Notes: generated by a model not told the origin, from the sequence alone. Shown: positions 45,236-60,760, numbered from the stretch's first letter. The stretch is DNA of 64,000 nucleotides from Eledone cirrhosa (GCA_964016885.1 OZ024754.1:43586001-43650000), one strand, 5' to 3'. Numbers and translations are program-made.

Positions 45236-45909
45236 ACCATTGATAAATAATTACTTGTTCTTTGTCTTACATGTTTGTGGTTTGTTGATGAGAATCTTGG
45301 CTTTCATTTTAATGTTTCTCTAATGTCTTATTAGTGCTGTTCTATAATTTGATGCATTGTTATGATGTGTAAATCCCGTTATGACTTTCTCACACACTAT
45401 TTCTCAACATTCTTATCTTTATAGATTTCTTTTTCCCTCTCTGGATCTACTTAATTATTTTTTTATGTAAGGCAGGAAATTGTTTATATGTTGTTCAAAT
45501 AATGAATAATAAAGAATATAACCGCAGTAATGGCTTCTTTATTGGTCACAAGGGTAATGGATGATAATTGCAGCAGACGATAGGGAAAATATTGAGATAT
45601 TGTACACAATATAGGCTGGATAAGTTGTGAGGTGCTGTGTGGTGACTGTGTTGTTGTTGTAGTTTGCTATAGTTGTGAGATGACTGTGCTGTTGTTGTAG
45701 GTTGCTATAGTTGTGAGGTGGTGCCGTTGTAGACTGGATAAGTTGTGACGTGTTGTTGGGTTACTGTGTTGTGGTTGTAGGTTGTTAAAGTTGTTAGGTG
45801 TTGTGCGGTGACTGTGTTATGGTTGTAGACTGCTGTAGTTGTGAGGTGACTTTGTTGTTGATGTTGTTTGTTACAGTTGTGACGTGTTGTGGTTGTAGGT
45901 TGTAGTTTC

Positions 45910-46160
45910 GGCCCTATGCGGTCTGAGTCCAAATCCCGCCGAGGTTAACTTTACCTTTCATCCTTACGGGGTCGATAATATAAAGTACCAGTAATGCACT
46001 GGGGTTAATTTAATCGACTTTCCTCTCCCCTCAAATTGCCGGCCTTGTGCCTGAATCAGAAACCAAGGGCGGTGGATTGGCAGAATCGCTGGAGCGTCGG
46101 ACACAACGCTTTGCAGCATAGAGTTACTGGCCTTGTGAGTAAATCAGAAACCATTATTAT
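45910..46160 (+). mobile_element. SINE family 1, partial tandem
   Basis: Family consensus match. Confidence 0.8.
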
Positions 46161-46367
46161 TGCCATCGTCACTCTAATTGTATCCCTTTCCCGCCACAAA
46201 CAATAATCCGTTTGTTTTATTCTCCTTTTAACACTTTCTAACATGGTAGTAACAAATCTAATATAAACATATGTATACACATATCTGCAGGTAACTTCAG
46301 CTGTTATACACATACGTTAACTCCCACACAAACATATACTGACAGTGCACTATGTGAGACTGTAAAT

Positions 46368-46428
<61 letters not shown>

Positions 46429-46499
46429 ACACACACACAGACACACACATACACACACACACATATATATATATATACACATATAGTTTATATATTACG

Positions 46500-46737
46500 C
46501 ACATACACATAGGTATATATACATAAATAAGGGCATACGTACACACACACATACACATAGGTATATATACATAAATAAGGGCATACGTACACACACACAT
46601 ACACATAGGTATATATACATAAATAAGGGCATACGTACACACACACATACACATAGGTATATATACATAAATAAGGGCATACGTACACACACACATACAC
46701 ATAGGTATATATACATAAATAAGGGCATACGTACACA
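46500..46737. repeat. 48-bp tandem repeat, 5 copies
   Basis: acatacacataggtatatatacataaataagggcatacgtacacacac. Confidence 0.95.
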
Positions 46738-46896
46738 TATGTTAGTAATACATTTATGCTTGTATGAAATACATGATCGTAATGTAGAAATATGCAGAGA
46801 CAAAGTGACAATCTCCATGTTAAAACACAGATGTACACGTTGATCCATGTTGTTAATAGATATACACTTAGAGACACGCCACCCTCCCCCACAAGT

Positions 46897-46963
<67 letters not shown>

Positions 46964-47121
46964 ATATATATATATATATGTATATATATAAATATATATA
47001 TATATATGTATATATATACATATATATGTAATATATATATATATATATATATATAAATATATGTATATGTATATATACATATATATATTACATATATATG
47101 TATATATACATATACAACATG

Positions 47122-47218
<97 letters not shown>

Positions 47219-47301
47219 GGAAATGGAGTATGGAGAAGAGTGAGGAGGCGATATGGACACGGCGAGGCGTACACATATACTTATCGAAGACATACACACA
47301 A

Positions 47302-47405
<104 letters not shown>

Positions 47406-47666
47406 GTACACACACACATTCTTCCAGGATGTATCGAATGAGCTGCCGTCCTATATCTTCATTTAATTGCTTGCTTGTGAAAACTAATATCTCCGACTCT
47501 CCGCTATTAGTTACCTCCCCTTGAGAATTCTGCAATCCTCTCCATTAACGCCATATTGACTATAAAACTTTTATTGGTGGTGAATTGCAAACAACAAATT
47601 GGTGTTGCTATCCGATAGCCTAACAGAGCAGGGAAGGGAAGGGAAAAGGGTCTGTTGTTTATGGTT

Positions 47667-47827
47667 CTATGTCGGTCTTGGCGTAACCTTTACGTAGGCT
47701 GAAAGCATCTGAATCCCAGGAACTCCCAGAGACAACATCATCCCGGTCATCCAAATCCATGATGATAAAGTAGTTTTCAAATTTCTCGCTGATTTATGGA
47801 CCATGTTTTTTGGTGACATCCCTATTT
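47667..47827 (-). CDS. Candidate exon (frame uncertain)
   Basis: Acceptor gtatttctgtcag; unique sequence with open frames; AATAAA downstream near 47570. Confidence 0.3.
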
Positions 47828-47863
47828 CTGACAGAAATACGCACACGTCTTCCCCCGTCACTA

Positions 47864-47914
<51 letters not shown>

Positions 47915-48009
47915 CGATCTATCTGCTTGTCTAACTGTCTGTCTATCTATCTATCTCTGGCTAACTCTATCTCTCACCTATCTATTTAGCTCTACATCTC
48001 ACCCAATCT

Positions 48010-48060
<51 letters not shown>

Positions 48061-48087
48061 TGTGTCACTCTCGATCTCGATCAATTC

Positions 48088-48123
<36 letters not shown>

Positions 48124-48952
48124 GTCTCTACATACGTACCTATATATCTATGTACCTATCTTTATATCTCCCCACCACTATCAATGTCTCTACTATATTT
48201 CCATTTTTTTTTCTCTATTTCTTACCAGAACCCTCCACTCCCTCCACCCCCTTCTCCTACCCCGTCCCTACTCCCTTCTCCCCTCCCCCATCCCTACTCC
48301 CTACACTCATACAGATGAGATTATCTTTCAAACTCTCCCCTCTAAACATCCACTTTTATTTCACTATCTGTCTACGATAGCCTTGACAATGTGTCACGTT
48401 ATAATTACAACTGTTGTTCTTATTATTATTACTGCTACTGTTGAAGCTGCTGCTGTTGTTATTGCTACAGTTGATGCTGCTGTTGTTGTTGCTGCTACTG
48501 TTGAAGCTGCTGTTGTGATTATGTAGAAGGTTTGCAGGAGTATTAATTTGGATTTTATGGTGAATTCTTGTTTGTCTTTCCAATCTAGATTTTCACTGTT
48601 TACCATGTTTTATATTGTATTTCGTTTATATTCTAGTATCATTTCTAGTCAAGGTGCCAAATATTCTCCCTAAACACAAAGCATTGTGGGAAGATTAGTA
48701 AGGCTCAGTCTACGTTGAAATTGAGTGTTTGAAGTTAATAGTTTTTGAAAAAAAATAAATAAATAAAATAAAAGAGATTGGACAATAAGATCGAAACTAA
48801 AATAAAAGGAAACAGCTTTTCGTGGTCGATAAATAAAGTACGAGTCTCGGAAGAATTGCGTGATTATTATAAAGTTAGACGGGATTGTCCGACTGATGTT
48901 TGTTTCGGCTCTTTACGTTGTGTTCGGCTCTGATGACAACTCCTGCTAACAT

Positions 48953-49828
48953 ATATTGTCCGTTGTCTTTCCTTAGGTAACACCGATGTAGACTATATTT
49001 TGTCCGTTGTCTTTCCTTAGGTAACACCGGTGTAGACTATATTTTGTCCGTTGTCTTTCCTTAGGTAACACCGATGTAGACTATATTTTGTCCGTTGTCT
49101 TTCCTTAGGTAACACCGATGTAGACTATATTTTGTCCGTTGTCTTTCCTTAGGTAACACCGATGTAGACTATATTTTGTCCGTTGTCTTTCCTTAGTAAC
49201 ACCGATGTAGACTATATTTTGTCCGTTGTCTTTCCTTAGGTAACACCGGTGTAGACTATATTTTGTCCGTTGTCTTTCCTTAGGTAACACCGGTGTAGAC
49301 TATATTTTGTCCGTTGTCTTTCCTTAGGTAACACCGATGTAGACTATATTTTGTCCGTTGTCTTTCCTTAGGTAACACCGGTGTAGACTATATTTTGTCC
49401 GTTGTCTTTCCTTAGGTAACACCGGTGTAGACTATATTTTGTCCGTTGTCTTTCCTTAGGTAACACCGATGTAGACTATATTTTGTCCGTTGTCTTTCCT
49501 TAGGTAACACCGATGTAGACTATATTTTGTCCGTTGTCTTTCCTTAGGTAACACCGGTGTAGACTATATTTTGTCCGTTGTCTTTCCTTAGGTAACACCG
49601 GTGTAGACTATATTTTGTCCGTTGTCTTTCCTTAGGTAACACCGGTGTAGACTATATTTTGTCCGTTGTCTTTCCTTAGGTAACACCGATGTAGACTATA
49701 TTTTGTCCGTTGTCTTTCCTTAGGTAACACCGGTGTAGACTATATTTTGTCCGTTGTCTTTCCTTAGGTAACACCGGTGTAGACTATATTTTGTCCGTTG
49801 TCTTTCCTTAGGTAACACCGGTGTAGAC
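48953..49828. repeat. 44-bp minisatellite, ~20 near-identical copies
   Basis: ttttgtccgttgtctttccttaggtaacaccg(a/g)tgtagactata. Confidence 0.97.
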
Positions 49829-50269
49829 GAGATTAACTCTATATCTTTCAAGGTTCCAGATAATTTCATTTCTAATTAGTTTGTTTTCTCACTCTTTTGG
49901 AAATCGTTTTAGTCAATGCTTCCAGGGCCTCCATGTCTGATGGGAGGGACGCTTGGTCCGAATGGTAAAGTTAACAAGGAACCAGTCTGGAAAATTAAGC
50001 CTACCCTACCCTAGCAGTGTTTGAACTGAAAACGGAACAAATACAAGTTTAAGTTGACCTGGACGGGATTTGAACACAGAATGCAGAGATCCGGGACAGC
50101 TACTACAAATTATTTCGTCCTACTTTTTCATGTTTGTTAATTGGGTGAAGTCTTTTTTTATGCAGTTTTTGCCAGATTGTGAAAGTGTGATCTTTAGGAG
50201 TAATCCTCGTCATTAGCGACGTCGAACCTTTTGTAGCAACTTAGAAGTTTTTAGTCTTGAGTGTTAAAA

Positions 50270-50490
50270 TTTCCAATTTATGCAAAAAGCCAGCAAATTT
50301 GAGGGAACAACAAAGTTGATTATATCAACCCTAGAACTTGACTGGTACTTTCTTTTATCGACCAAGGAATGACAAAAGATAACGTTGAAATTAGCAAGAT
50401 TTGAACTGAGAATGTAAAGAGTTAGAAGCTAGAACAAATACCGCAATACATTCTATCTGAGGTTCTAAAGAATCTGCCAATTTGCCATCT
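50270..50490 (-). mobile_element. Diverged SINE family 1
   Basis: actggtactttcttttatcgac...gatttgaact. Confidence 0.65.
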
Positions 50491-50630
50491 ATAAAACCCA
50501 CACTGAAACTAAATAGAATTGAATCTGTCCAATAAGGAAGTGTACGATGTCAGAGCAAGAAACCGGAAACTAACTAGCTGTGTTGACCACAAACAAAATG
50601 GCGGTGTACTGCTGGCAATGATGATGATGA

Positions 50631-50737
<107 letters not shown>

Positions 50738-51112
50738 GGAGGTAATTCAATTTAGTGTACCTGCTTCTCGTTAACCCAAGCAACATGATACTCTCGGGAC
50801 TCTAAATACCATCCTGCTTTCATTTCACTTGAAAAGCTTCTCCACAGTTCTTATTTCCAATCCTAATTCTTCCTCTATCTCTCTCCCTCTCTCTCTCTCT
50901 TTCTCCCTCTCTGTCTCCTTCTCTCTCTCTCTCTCTCCATCTATCCATCCATCTATCCATCTATCTATCTATCTATCTGCCCCCTCTCTCTCTCTCTGTC
51001 TCTATCTCTCACTCTCTCTCCCTCTCTCACTCTCTCTCTCTCTCTTTCTCTCTCCCTCACTCTCTCTCTCCCTCTCTCACTCTCTCTCTCTATCTCTCTC
51101 CCTCTATCTCTC

Positions 51113-51178
<66 letters not shown>

Positions 51179-51644
51179 CGTTCACTATCAATATTTAGTA
51201 ATTGGTGATTCTTTAACCCATCAAACAAAAGATGCTCCAATTATCAAAACTAACAAACAGAGAAAAGAAAACAAGCAAAGCAAAAAGAAATTACAACCAA
51301 AAAAATTATAAAATACATAAATAAACATTAAAAACCACCAGAACAACAACAACATCAACAACAACGCATGTCATGTTGTTTGTCTTGTATTTGCATGAGA
51401 AAGAGATGGGGAGAAGGGAGAGAGGTGGGGAAGGGAGAGAGGTGGGGAAGGAAGAGAGAGGGAGAGAAGGAAGTGAGAGGGGGGAGGGGGGGGGAGTGAG
51501 AGAGAGTGAGAGAGGGGGAGAGAAGGGAGTAGGGAGGAGAGGGGGTTGAGAAGGAGAGAGAGGGAGAGAAGGAAAATTACAGCAGCAAGACAGAAAGTGA
51601 GAGAGGTGGTGAGAGGAGAAATAGAGAGGGGGAGTGCAGTGTGA

Positions 51645-51689
<45 letters not shown>

Positions 51690-51806
51690 CATACACATAT
51701 ACCGTGACTGGCATTGAGAAAGAGCGGGTGAGAATAGCAAACAAGACGGAGTGTACATATATATATATCAATATACACCCACATATATATATACACACAC
51801 AAGACA

Positions 51807-51844
<38 letters not shown>

Positions 51845-52304
51845 CATAAAGCGTGTCTGGCATTGATCAAGGAACTTCACCTTCTAATGAAACCAGACAT
51901 GTCTTTTACAACAAAACATTTTCTGTAAAAATAAGTCAGAAGAGGACAGACAGACAGACAGGCAGTCAGGCAGTCAGGCAGTCAGGCACACAGACCGGCA
52001 CCAACTACATCGCCAACAACCCCAACACCACTAAAACCACCAACAACAACAACACCAACACCACCAACACCAACACCAACAACATCACCACCAACACCAA
52101 CACCACCACCACTACCACGCAACCACCACCACCACCACCACCACCACCACCACCACCACCACCACTACCACCACACAACCACCACCAGTTTTAAAAGAGT
52201 TCCCTTTTCCCTTTTAAACCCATCAACCAATGACCTCCACCCATCCCAATCACCACCCTCTCCTACCACCAGAAAAGGTATAAATACCACCATATTACTT
52301 GGAT

Positions 52305-52369
52305 AGTCGGCTTCCTGATGATTTCTCCCGAATAAAACAGTTCTAGTCCTGTAGGAGCCATTTCTATAT

Positions 52370-52375
<6 letters not shown>
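52305..52375 (+). mobile_element. Family A element, copy 2 (single arm)
   Basis: ggcttc-CTGATGA-tttctcccgaat-AAAA-cagttctagtcctg-TA-ggagcc, then (TA)n. Confidence 0.75.
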
Positions 52376-52411
<36 letters not shown>

Positions 52412-52420
52412 CACACACAC

Positions 52421-52451
<31 letters not shown>

Positions 52452-52462
52452 CACATACACAT

Positions 52463-52503
<41 letters not shown>

Positions 52504-53004
52504 GTTGAAAAATGAACATCAACACTTTATACACCCTTAACACTTTATACACCCTTAACACTTTATACAACCATAACACTTCATATACTTTCAAACGTTT
52601 TTCACTATTTAAAACATTTTATATTTAAATAAAAGGGTGGGATAAACCACCCTGTCTTATATTACAGTTTAGTGTTGGTAGTTTGTTAGGGTATCTTATT
52701 GAATGTAGTTGTGTGAATTGTTTCTATTGTTACTTTCAGGAAGGAGGCAAGAAACCAGCAATAAATCAGGCCTCAAGCAACAATTTAATTTACTTAGAAT
52801 TATATTTTAAAAAACGAGGGCAGAAAAGAAAATCTAATAAGATTCAGCTCTAGAAATCTAAATACGATCAGCAGAAGATCTTTTTTTAAAATCTTACATA
52901 AAACTAATGAAAAATATAAATGTAGAGAGCTCCATAAGACAGTGGTTGGAAGAAAGAAGCAACTTGAGTGGAAAGTCTTTTAATAAGAGAAGACATCTAT
53001 AGTG

Positions 53005-53110
53005 AAATAATTGTTTCTACTTTAGGCACAAGGCCAGCAATTACCCAGTGTATTACTGGTACTTTATTTTATCGACCCCGTAAGGATGAAAGGCAAAGTC
53101 AACCTCGGCT
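53005..53110 (-). mobile_element. SINE family 1, 5' truncated
   Basis: Family consensus match. Confidence 0.8.
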
Positions 53111-53285
53111 GAAATAATGAATACTAGGAGGGAAAAAGCAAGTTACTCGATATTTACAGTTAAAGATACTAAAATATTTTAAAATGCTGACAATTTTTTT
53201 CAGTATCGAACAAGTATCTAATTTATATGGACATAACTATAAATAACGCATTTATATGGCTATATATATACATATATATATATAA

Positions 53286-53352
<67 letters not shown>

Positions 53353-53447
53353 TGAGTGTGTAACTGAGTGTGAGTGAGTGTGTGTGTAAATACGTAATTT
53401 ATATGTGTGTGATTATATGGATATAATCATATATATATATATGCGTG

Positions 53448-53488
<41 letters not shown>

Positions 53489-53707
53489 AATCCATATGGA
53501 TATATTTATAAATATGTAGTAATCTATCCAGACATTTTTATGTGGGAACATTTATAAGTAGAATAAAACGAAATTAAATTCTGTATTGTTTACACCTCAT
53601 CCGTGGACAGTGTCGCATTCCGTCTAGCGTAGGGTGTCATTAAATCTCTATACGAACATCGATATATACATACATATATACATACATATATATATACATA
53701 TATGTAC

Positions 53708-53807
<100 letters not shown>

Positions 53808-53817
53808 AATATATATG

Positions 53818-53863
<46 letters not shown>

Positions 53864-54094
53864 TATATTATAATATATTATATGCCAACAACAATACAAT
53901 ATCATCAATATCATATATAATCCAATCTGATATGCTAATTTATGTAAATGTTATTTATATACAAACAACTGAGAAAATGATATGTACTAAAAAAAAACTA
54001 GTTACCACTATAATTTGTACATTATATGTTCATATACAAGTGTATGTATGAATGTTTTTGTCAATGTACATGTTAGTATATTCATATGTATTAA

Positions 54095-54828
54095 TAAAAT
54101 ATAATATAATATAATATAATATAATATAATATAATATAATATAATATAATATAATATAATATAAAATAATATAATATAATATAAAATAATATAATATAAA
54201 ATAATATAATATAATATAATATAATATAATATAATATAATATAATATAATATAATATAATATAATATAATATAATATAATATAATATAATATAATATAAT
54301 ATAAAATAAAATAAAATAATATAATATAATATAATATAATATAATATAATATAATATAATATAATATAATATAATATAATATAATATAATATAATATAAT
54401 ATAATATAATATAATATAATATAATATAATATAATATAAAATAATATAATATAATATAATATAATATAATATAATATAATATAATATAATATAATATAAT
54501 ATAATATAATATAATATAATATAATATAATATAATATAATATAATATAATATAATATAAAATAATATAATATAATATAATATAATATAATATAATATAAT
54601 ATAATATAAAATAATATAATATAATATAATATAATATAATATAAAATAATATAATATAATATAATATAATATAATATAATATAATATAATATAATATAAT
54701 ATAATATAATATAATATAATATAATATAATATAATATAATATAATATAATATAATATAATATAATATAATATAATATAAAATAAAATAATATAATATAAT
54801 ATAATATAATATAATATAATATAATATA
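54095..54828. repeat. (ATAAT)n pentanucleotide satellite
   Basis: ~730 bp nearly pure array. Confidence 0.97.
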
Positions 54829-55009
54829 TAAAGAGAGAGAAACACAGATATATACAAATATGTGTTCAAATCACAAGGGAGGTTAAACCGCCAGGGTGAA
54901 GAAAATACTCTGTAGGAATAATATGGTTTGCTAGACTCAATTAAAAGGATAAATTAAGAATTACAAACCGAAAAATGAATAAGGATTTTATATATCCAGA
55001 TTAATAAAT

Positions 55010-55352
55010 GAGGAGGTGAAGTTACAGACTCGTTAGAACGTCAGATAGAATGGTATGAGATGTTTGTTCAAACTCTTTGAGTTCTGAGTTCAAATCCTGC
55101 TGAGATGAACTTTGCCTTTCATCCTTTCGAGGTTGATAAAAAAAAGTACCAGTGTAGTACTGAGGTCGATTCTTCCTCTATATCTTCCTCATTTCCTCTC
55201 TCTCACTTTCTATCTTTCTCTGGAAGAAATCTGCTCTATTCAGGCCTGGAGAGGGGATGGACTCCGCCAGGCTTAAAATGTCCAAGAAACGCCGTATGTC
55301 AACAAGGAGCCCCTACCACTCTGTCAGGATTTACGGGGTCATACTTACATAC
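55010..55352 (+). mobile_element. SINE family 1 head plus tail module, flanked by direct repeats
   Basis: atatccagattaataaatgagga at 54992 and 55353. Confidence 0.75.
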
Positions 55353-55389
55353 ATATCCAGATTAATAAATGAGGAAGCGAATTGAGCTA

Positions 55390-55635
55390 GTGCTTATCCC
55401 GGTTTCATGGTGTAAGCTACTGAGAGTACAAGACTTCCCCCTGGACAGGACGCCAGTCCATCGCAGGTTTAAACTCCCAGCTATTTCTGGTACTCATTTT
55501 CAGCTGAGTATACTGGAGCAACGTGTAATGAAATGTTTTGCTCAAGAACACAACACACAACCCAGTCCAGGAATCGAACCTACAACATTATGGTTGTAAG
55601 TCCAACACAACACCCTTACCACTAGGCCACACGCC
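55390..55635 (-). mobile_element. SINE family 2, near full length
   Basis: Reverse complement of 30055-30300-like sequence. Confidence 0.75.
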
Positions 55636-56530
55636 TTTACTCCACAGGTCGGACGCTCGAAATTTGCTTCTTTTTTTTTGTAGGTATTTTTCACAAGTAC
55701 TGTAATATCCATAGCAATCACACTACCACCATAACAAACACTATTACCACTGGCACCACCAGTAATACAACATCCAGCGCAATAGCACTACCACAACTAG
55801 CAAACACCACTGGCACCATCACTGATGCCACTACCAACACCACCATCACTGGTGACACTACAATACCACCACCAATACTGTAGCAAAACGACCAAAAACA
55901 CCAGCACTGACCACCGCTACCATCACCACCACTGGCGCAAATACAATCACCACCACCACTACCAACACCACCACTGGCACCACTACTACTACCACCACCA
56001 CCACCACCACCACTACCAACACCACCACTACCAACACCACCACTGGCACCACCACCACCACCACCACCACCAACACATGCGCCAATACCATCATCACCAC
56101 CACCACCACCACTGGCGCCAATACTATACCACCATCAATACTGTAGCAACACTACCCAAAACAACACAGCCAACAATGTCTACCAACCACAACCACCACA
56201 ACCACCACTACCAACCACTACCAACCACTACCAACCACCCATACTACAATAGATATAAAAAATAAGTTATGGCATGCATATATTTTTTCCGAGGTTTATG
56301 GCATGTTTTTTTGGTTGTTTATAGTGTAATTAAAGAATGTTTGGAATGTGAAGTTTTGGTTTAATGGTTCCGTGTTGTCGGTCAATTGTTGGAGGATTCC
56401 CTCCACCAGCCTGATCAGAACAGTCCCCGATAAATACAGAACATTCGATGGAATTGGCGAGTCTCGAGTTTTGATAATATAAATTCAAATATGATATTTA
56501 TAACTGAATAACCGAGGATAATATAACATA

Positions 56531-56664
<134 letters not shown>

Positions 56665-56747
56665 TATATAAATACATATATACACACATATATATATAAA
56701 TACATATATACATACATATATGCATATAAATATATATATATAGAGAG

Positions 56748-56783
<36 letters not shown>

Positions 56784-57015
56784 GTATATATATATCTGTG
56801 TGTGTATGTATATATAAATGTGTATACATATAAATCAAGTAAACAAAAATTGAACAAACAAGAGGATGCTTTTACATACAGTCGTAATATATATATATAT
56901 ATATATATATATGAGACATGCAAATTGTTTTAGCTTGTATTATCAATGTATTATATTATCAATGTTGCACACGACACGTATGTAGATACATTTACATATA
57001 TACATACGTACATAG

Positions 57016-57064
<49 letters not shown>

Positions 57065-57363
57065 CATACGTACATGTATATATATATATATACGTGTATA
57101 TTATATATATATACATTAAATACATATAGGCAGACATATCTATTATGTATATACTGCATATGTAACAAACAAAAAACAACTAAGAAATTTGCAAGAATTA
57201 CACAAATGCTATATACATACACACATACATACATTAATAAACACACACACAAACACATACGCATATATATATATATATATATATACACCCAAAAAATATA
57301 TATATTATATATACATATATATATGTATAAGTATATATATATACATATATATAAACATACATA

Positions 57364-57433
<70 letters not shown>

Positions 57434-57695
57434 TATATATATATATACATATGTTATGGGCATAAATATGTCCCAATCATATATTCATAAATACACAAAC
57501 GATGTTTCCAGTTATTGACACCGTTCAATATAATAGCTGATGCTAAAATATTTGACCAGTCTCTGGTTACAACTCAAAAAACAACGTTACAGGAATCTAC
57601 GCTTTTTTCGCCTTTTTTTGTTCAACTATTCATTTCATAGACATTTTTTTAGAGCAACAAAACCCATGTAGTCATACAGAGATTCATATATATAC

Positions 57696-57757
<62 letters not shown>

Positions 57758-57896
57758 CCATATATACATATATATATATACACACACATATATATATGTA
57801 TATATATATGTATATATAAATATATATATGTATATATATATGTCCATATATACATATATATATATACACACATATATATACACACATATATATATG

Positions 57897-57953
<57 letters not shown>

Positions 57954-57977
57954 ATATAAATATATGTATATATAAAT

Positions 57978-58009
<32 letters not shown>

Positions 58010-58073
58010 GTCCATATATACATATATATATATACACACATATATATACACACATATATATATGTATATATAA

Positions 58074-58121
<48 letters not shown>

Positions 58122-58150
58122 ATATAAATATATGTGTATATAAATATATG

Positions 58151-58243
<93 letters not shown>

Positions 58244-58501
58244 GTATTTATATATTAAGAGCTAGCGAGTTCGTGTCTACGAAGTTCTTTCGGTAATGTG
58301 AGCTAAGAGCAATTATTCTCCATTCCTGTAGTTATTCAATCAATATACTAAGGTGGAATAATGAATCATTGCACCCCATTACCTGAAGAGACATTTTATG
58401 GCGAAACTAGGAGTACCTTACACTCTTGCTCCAACCTCGTGTATGTATTTATGTACGGATGTATGTATGTATGTTTGTATGTATGTATATATTTATGTAT
58501 G

Positions 58502-58544
<43 letters not shown>

Positions 58545-58589
58545 GTATGTATATCTATATATGTATATATATATATGTGTGTGTGTGGT

Positions 58590-58635
<46 letters not shown>

Positions 58636-58787
58636 GTAAACTAAAAAACATGGCAGCAGAATGATTCAAAAGAAGGAAGACATATTATTTTAACGATTCA
58701 CATAATAGTTTGAGTATCTTAAACATTCTTACTTGTTTAACTATACAATGTCTGGTTTTCACATGCATATACACACAGATTATATAC

Positions 58788-58864
<77 letters not shown>

Positions 58865-58981
58865 TATATAATGACACGAAGGCATTAGATGTTTAATTGG
58901 GAAGAGTTAGGGTTCGCAAAAAGTATATATGTACATATATATATATACATATTTATATATACATATATATTTATGTACACA

Positions 58982-59067
<86 letters not shown>

Positions 59068-59344
59068 TAATTCTCTGGTATCCGATGTTGTTTTTTTTAC
59101 TGTTACCAAATTTAACTGATCGGAAATGAATTGTTATAAAAATGGTATCACATATATCGATTGACTGAGATATTGTTTTTGGCACACACTAAATATTATT
59201 ACTGTGATCGTATTACTTTCACTCTTCCCTCGATCGATCTATCAAGTGTGATTGGTATTTCATTGTTCTTCCATTGAATAATTATTCCTTTTCCAATTTT
59301 GTACTGATCACTATCAACAATAACAACACCAACATCACCAATAC

Positions 59345-59630
59345 CACCTACACCACCAACACCACCAACAAAAACACGTACACCACCAATACCAGCAACA
59401 CCACCAACAAAAACACGTACACCACCAATACCACCAACACCACCAACAAAAACACGTACACCACCAATACCACCAACACCACCAACAAAAACACGTACAC
59501 CACCAATACCACCAATACCACCAACAAAAACACGTACACCACCAATACCACCAACACCACCAACAAAAACACGTACACCACCAATACCACCAACACCACC
59601 AACAACGCCTACACCACCAACACCACCAAT
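59345..59630. repeat. 39-bp minisatellite, ~7 copies
   Basis: caccaccaataccaccaacaccaccaacaaaaacacgta. Confidence 0.9.
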
Positions 59631-59674
59631 ACATCATATTCAAATAACACCTAAACAGTCACAATTATACTTAC

Positions 59675-59716
59675 AGAGCAGTTGCCGGTCCAGCAACAAT
59701 TAGAAGTGTTGGGGCT
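59675..59716 (-). CDS. Candidate 42-nt exon of a second minus-strand transcript
   Basis: ctatttcag acceptor and GTAAGT donor; length divisible by 3; two open frames (SPNTSNCCWTGNCS or APTLLIVAGPATAL). Confidence 0.4.
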
Positions 59717-59759
59717 CTGAAATAGCGATGTATCTATGAATGTGCATATTGTATGTTTA

Positions 59760-59918
59760 ATAATTGTTTCTACTTTAGGCACAAGGCCAGCAATTACCCA
59801 GTACATTACTGGTACTTTATTTTATCGACCCCGTAAGGATGAAAGGCAAAGTTAACTTTGGCGGGATTTGAACTCAGACTGTAAAGGGACGTAACTATGC
59901 TAGAAAGCATGGCGTCCA
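59760..59918 (-). mobile_element. SINE family 1
   Basis: Family consensus match. Confidence 0.8.
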
Positions 59919-60158
59919 AATGTTTATTTCAAAACATTTTGAAGGCTTTTCGCAATGAGTTTAAGGTAGTCACTAACCGCTCTGTATGTAAATGAGTTTA
60001 AACAGCTAATAAACGTAATTAGAATTCTTTAAGAATCCAGCTTCTACATGTTACATGTTACAAGGGATATAAAGCCTTGACAACCACTAAGAAGTGAAAA
60101 ACGATCGTCGGTTACTTCCCTTTGTTTTTGCTGAAGCTAGGGATGTGACTAACGTCAC

Positions 60159-60223
<65 letters not shown>

Positions 60224-60265
60224 AACAAAGAAGAGGTATAATATCAAGAATGTATTGATCATTTA

Positions 60266-60351
60266 TGGTTACAATTGTTTCACAAACTGTCGGCTCTTGG
60301 TCCGGGCTAACACTCCAGACCAGATTCCAGATCTGCATGATCCTCAGACCA
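60266..60351 (-). ncRNA. Type I hammerhead ribozyme
   Basis: Minus strand: tggt-CTGAGGA-[long stem II including tctggtctgg/ccggaccaaga]-GAAA-CAATTG-TA-acca; palindromic ACAATTGT. Confidence 0.8.
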
Positions 60352-60504
60352 ATGCTATCACAACAAAATCCACATTAGATCTGTGGACAAATAGATTCTT
60401 GATGTAACACCTCCCCTTTGTTCTTATTATGTACACTCTGCTCTAACATTGAGCGGTGACATTGGAACCCCCGTTAGTTTTCTACGAATTTACAGAAACT
60501 TCTA

Positions 60505-60563
<59 letters not shown>

Positions 60564-60564
<1 letters not shown>

Positions 60565-60753
60565 AGTTTATCCCGGGTTCAATCGGGGATAACCACAGTT
60601 AGTAAGGTACTCAATACATAGCAGAGTATAAATATTTAATATAGAAATGGCTTCTATAGGACTAGAACTGTTTCATTCGGGAGAAATCATCAGGAAGGCC
60701 TCTTTTTTATGATTTCTCCCGAATGAAATAGTTCTAGTCCCGTAGAAGCCATT

Positions 60754-60760
<7 letters not shown>
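60564..60760 (-). mobile_element. Family A fold-back element, copy 3
   Basis: Near reverse complement of 184-376; CTGATGA and GAAA intact on minus strand; (TA)n on both sides. Confidence 0.8.

Noticed and set aside
48953-49828. CRISPR array
   Set aside because: Head-to-tail near-identical units with no unique spacers; no cas genes; eukaryotic context
58376-58420. Hammerhead-like CTGAAGA...GAAACTAG
   Set aside because: Stems I and III cannot be closed downstream in this copy
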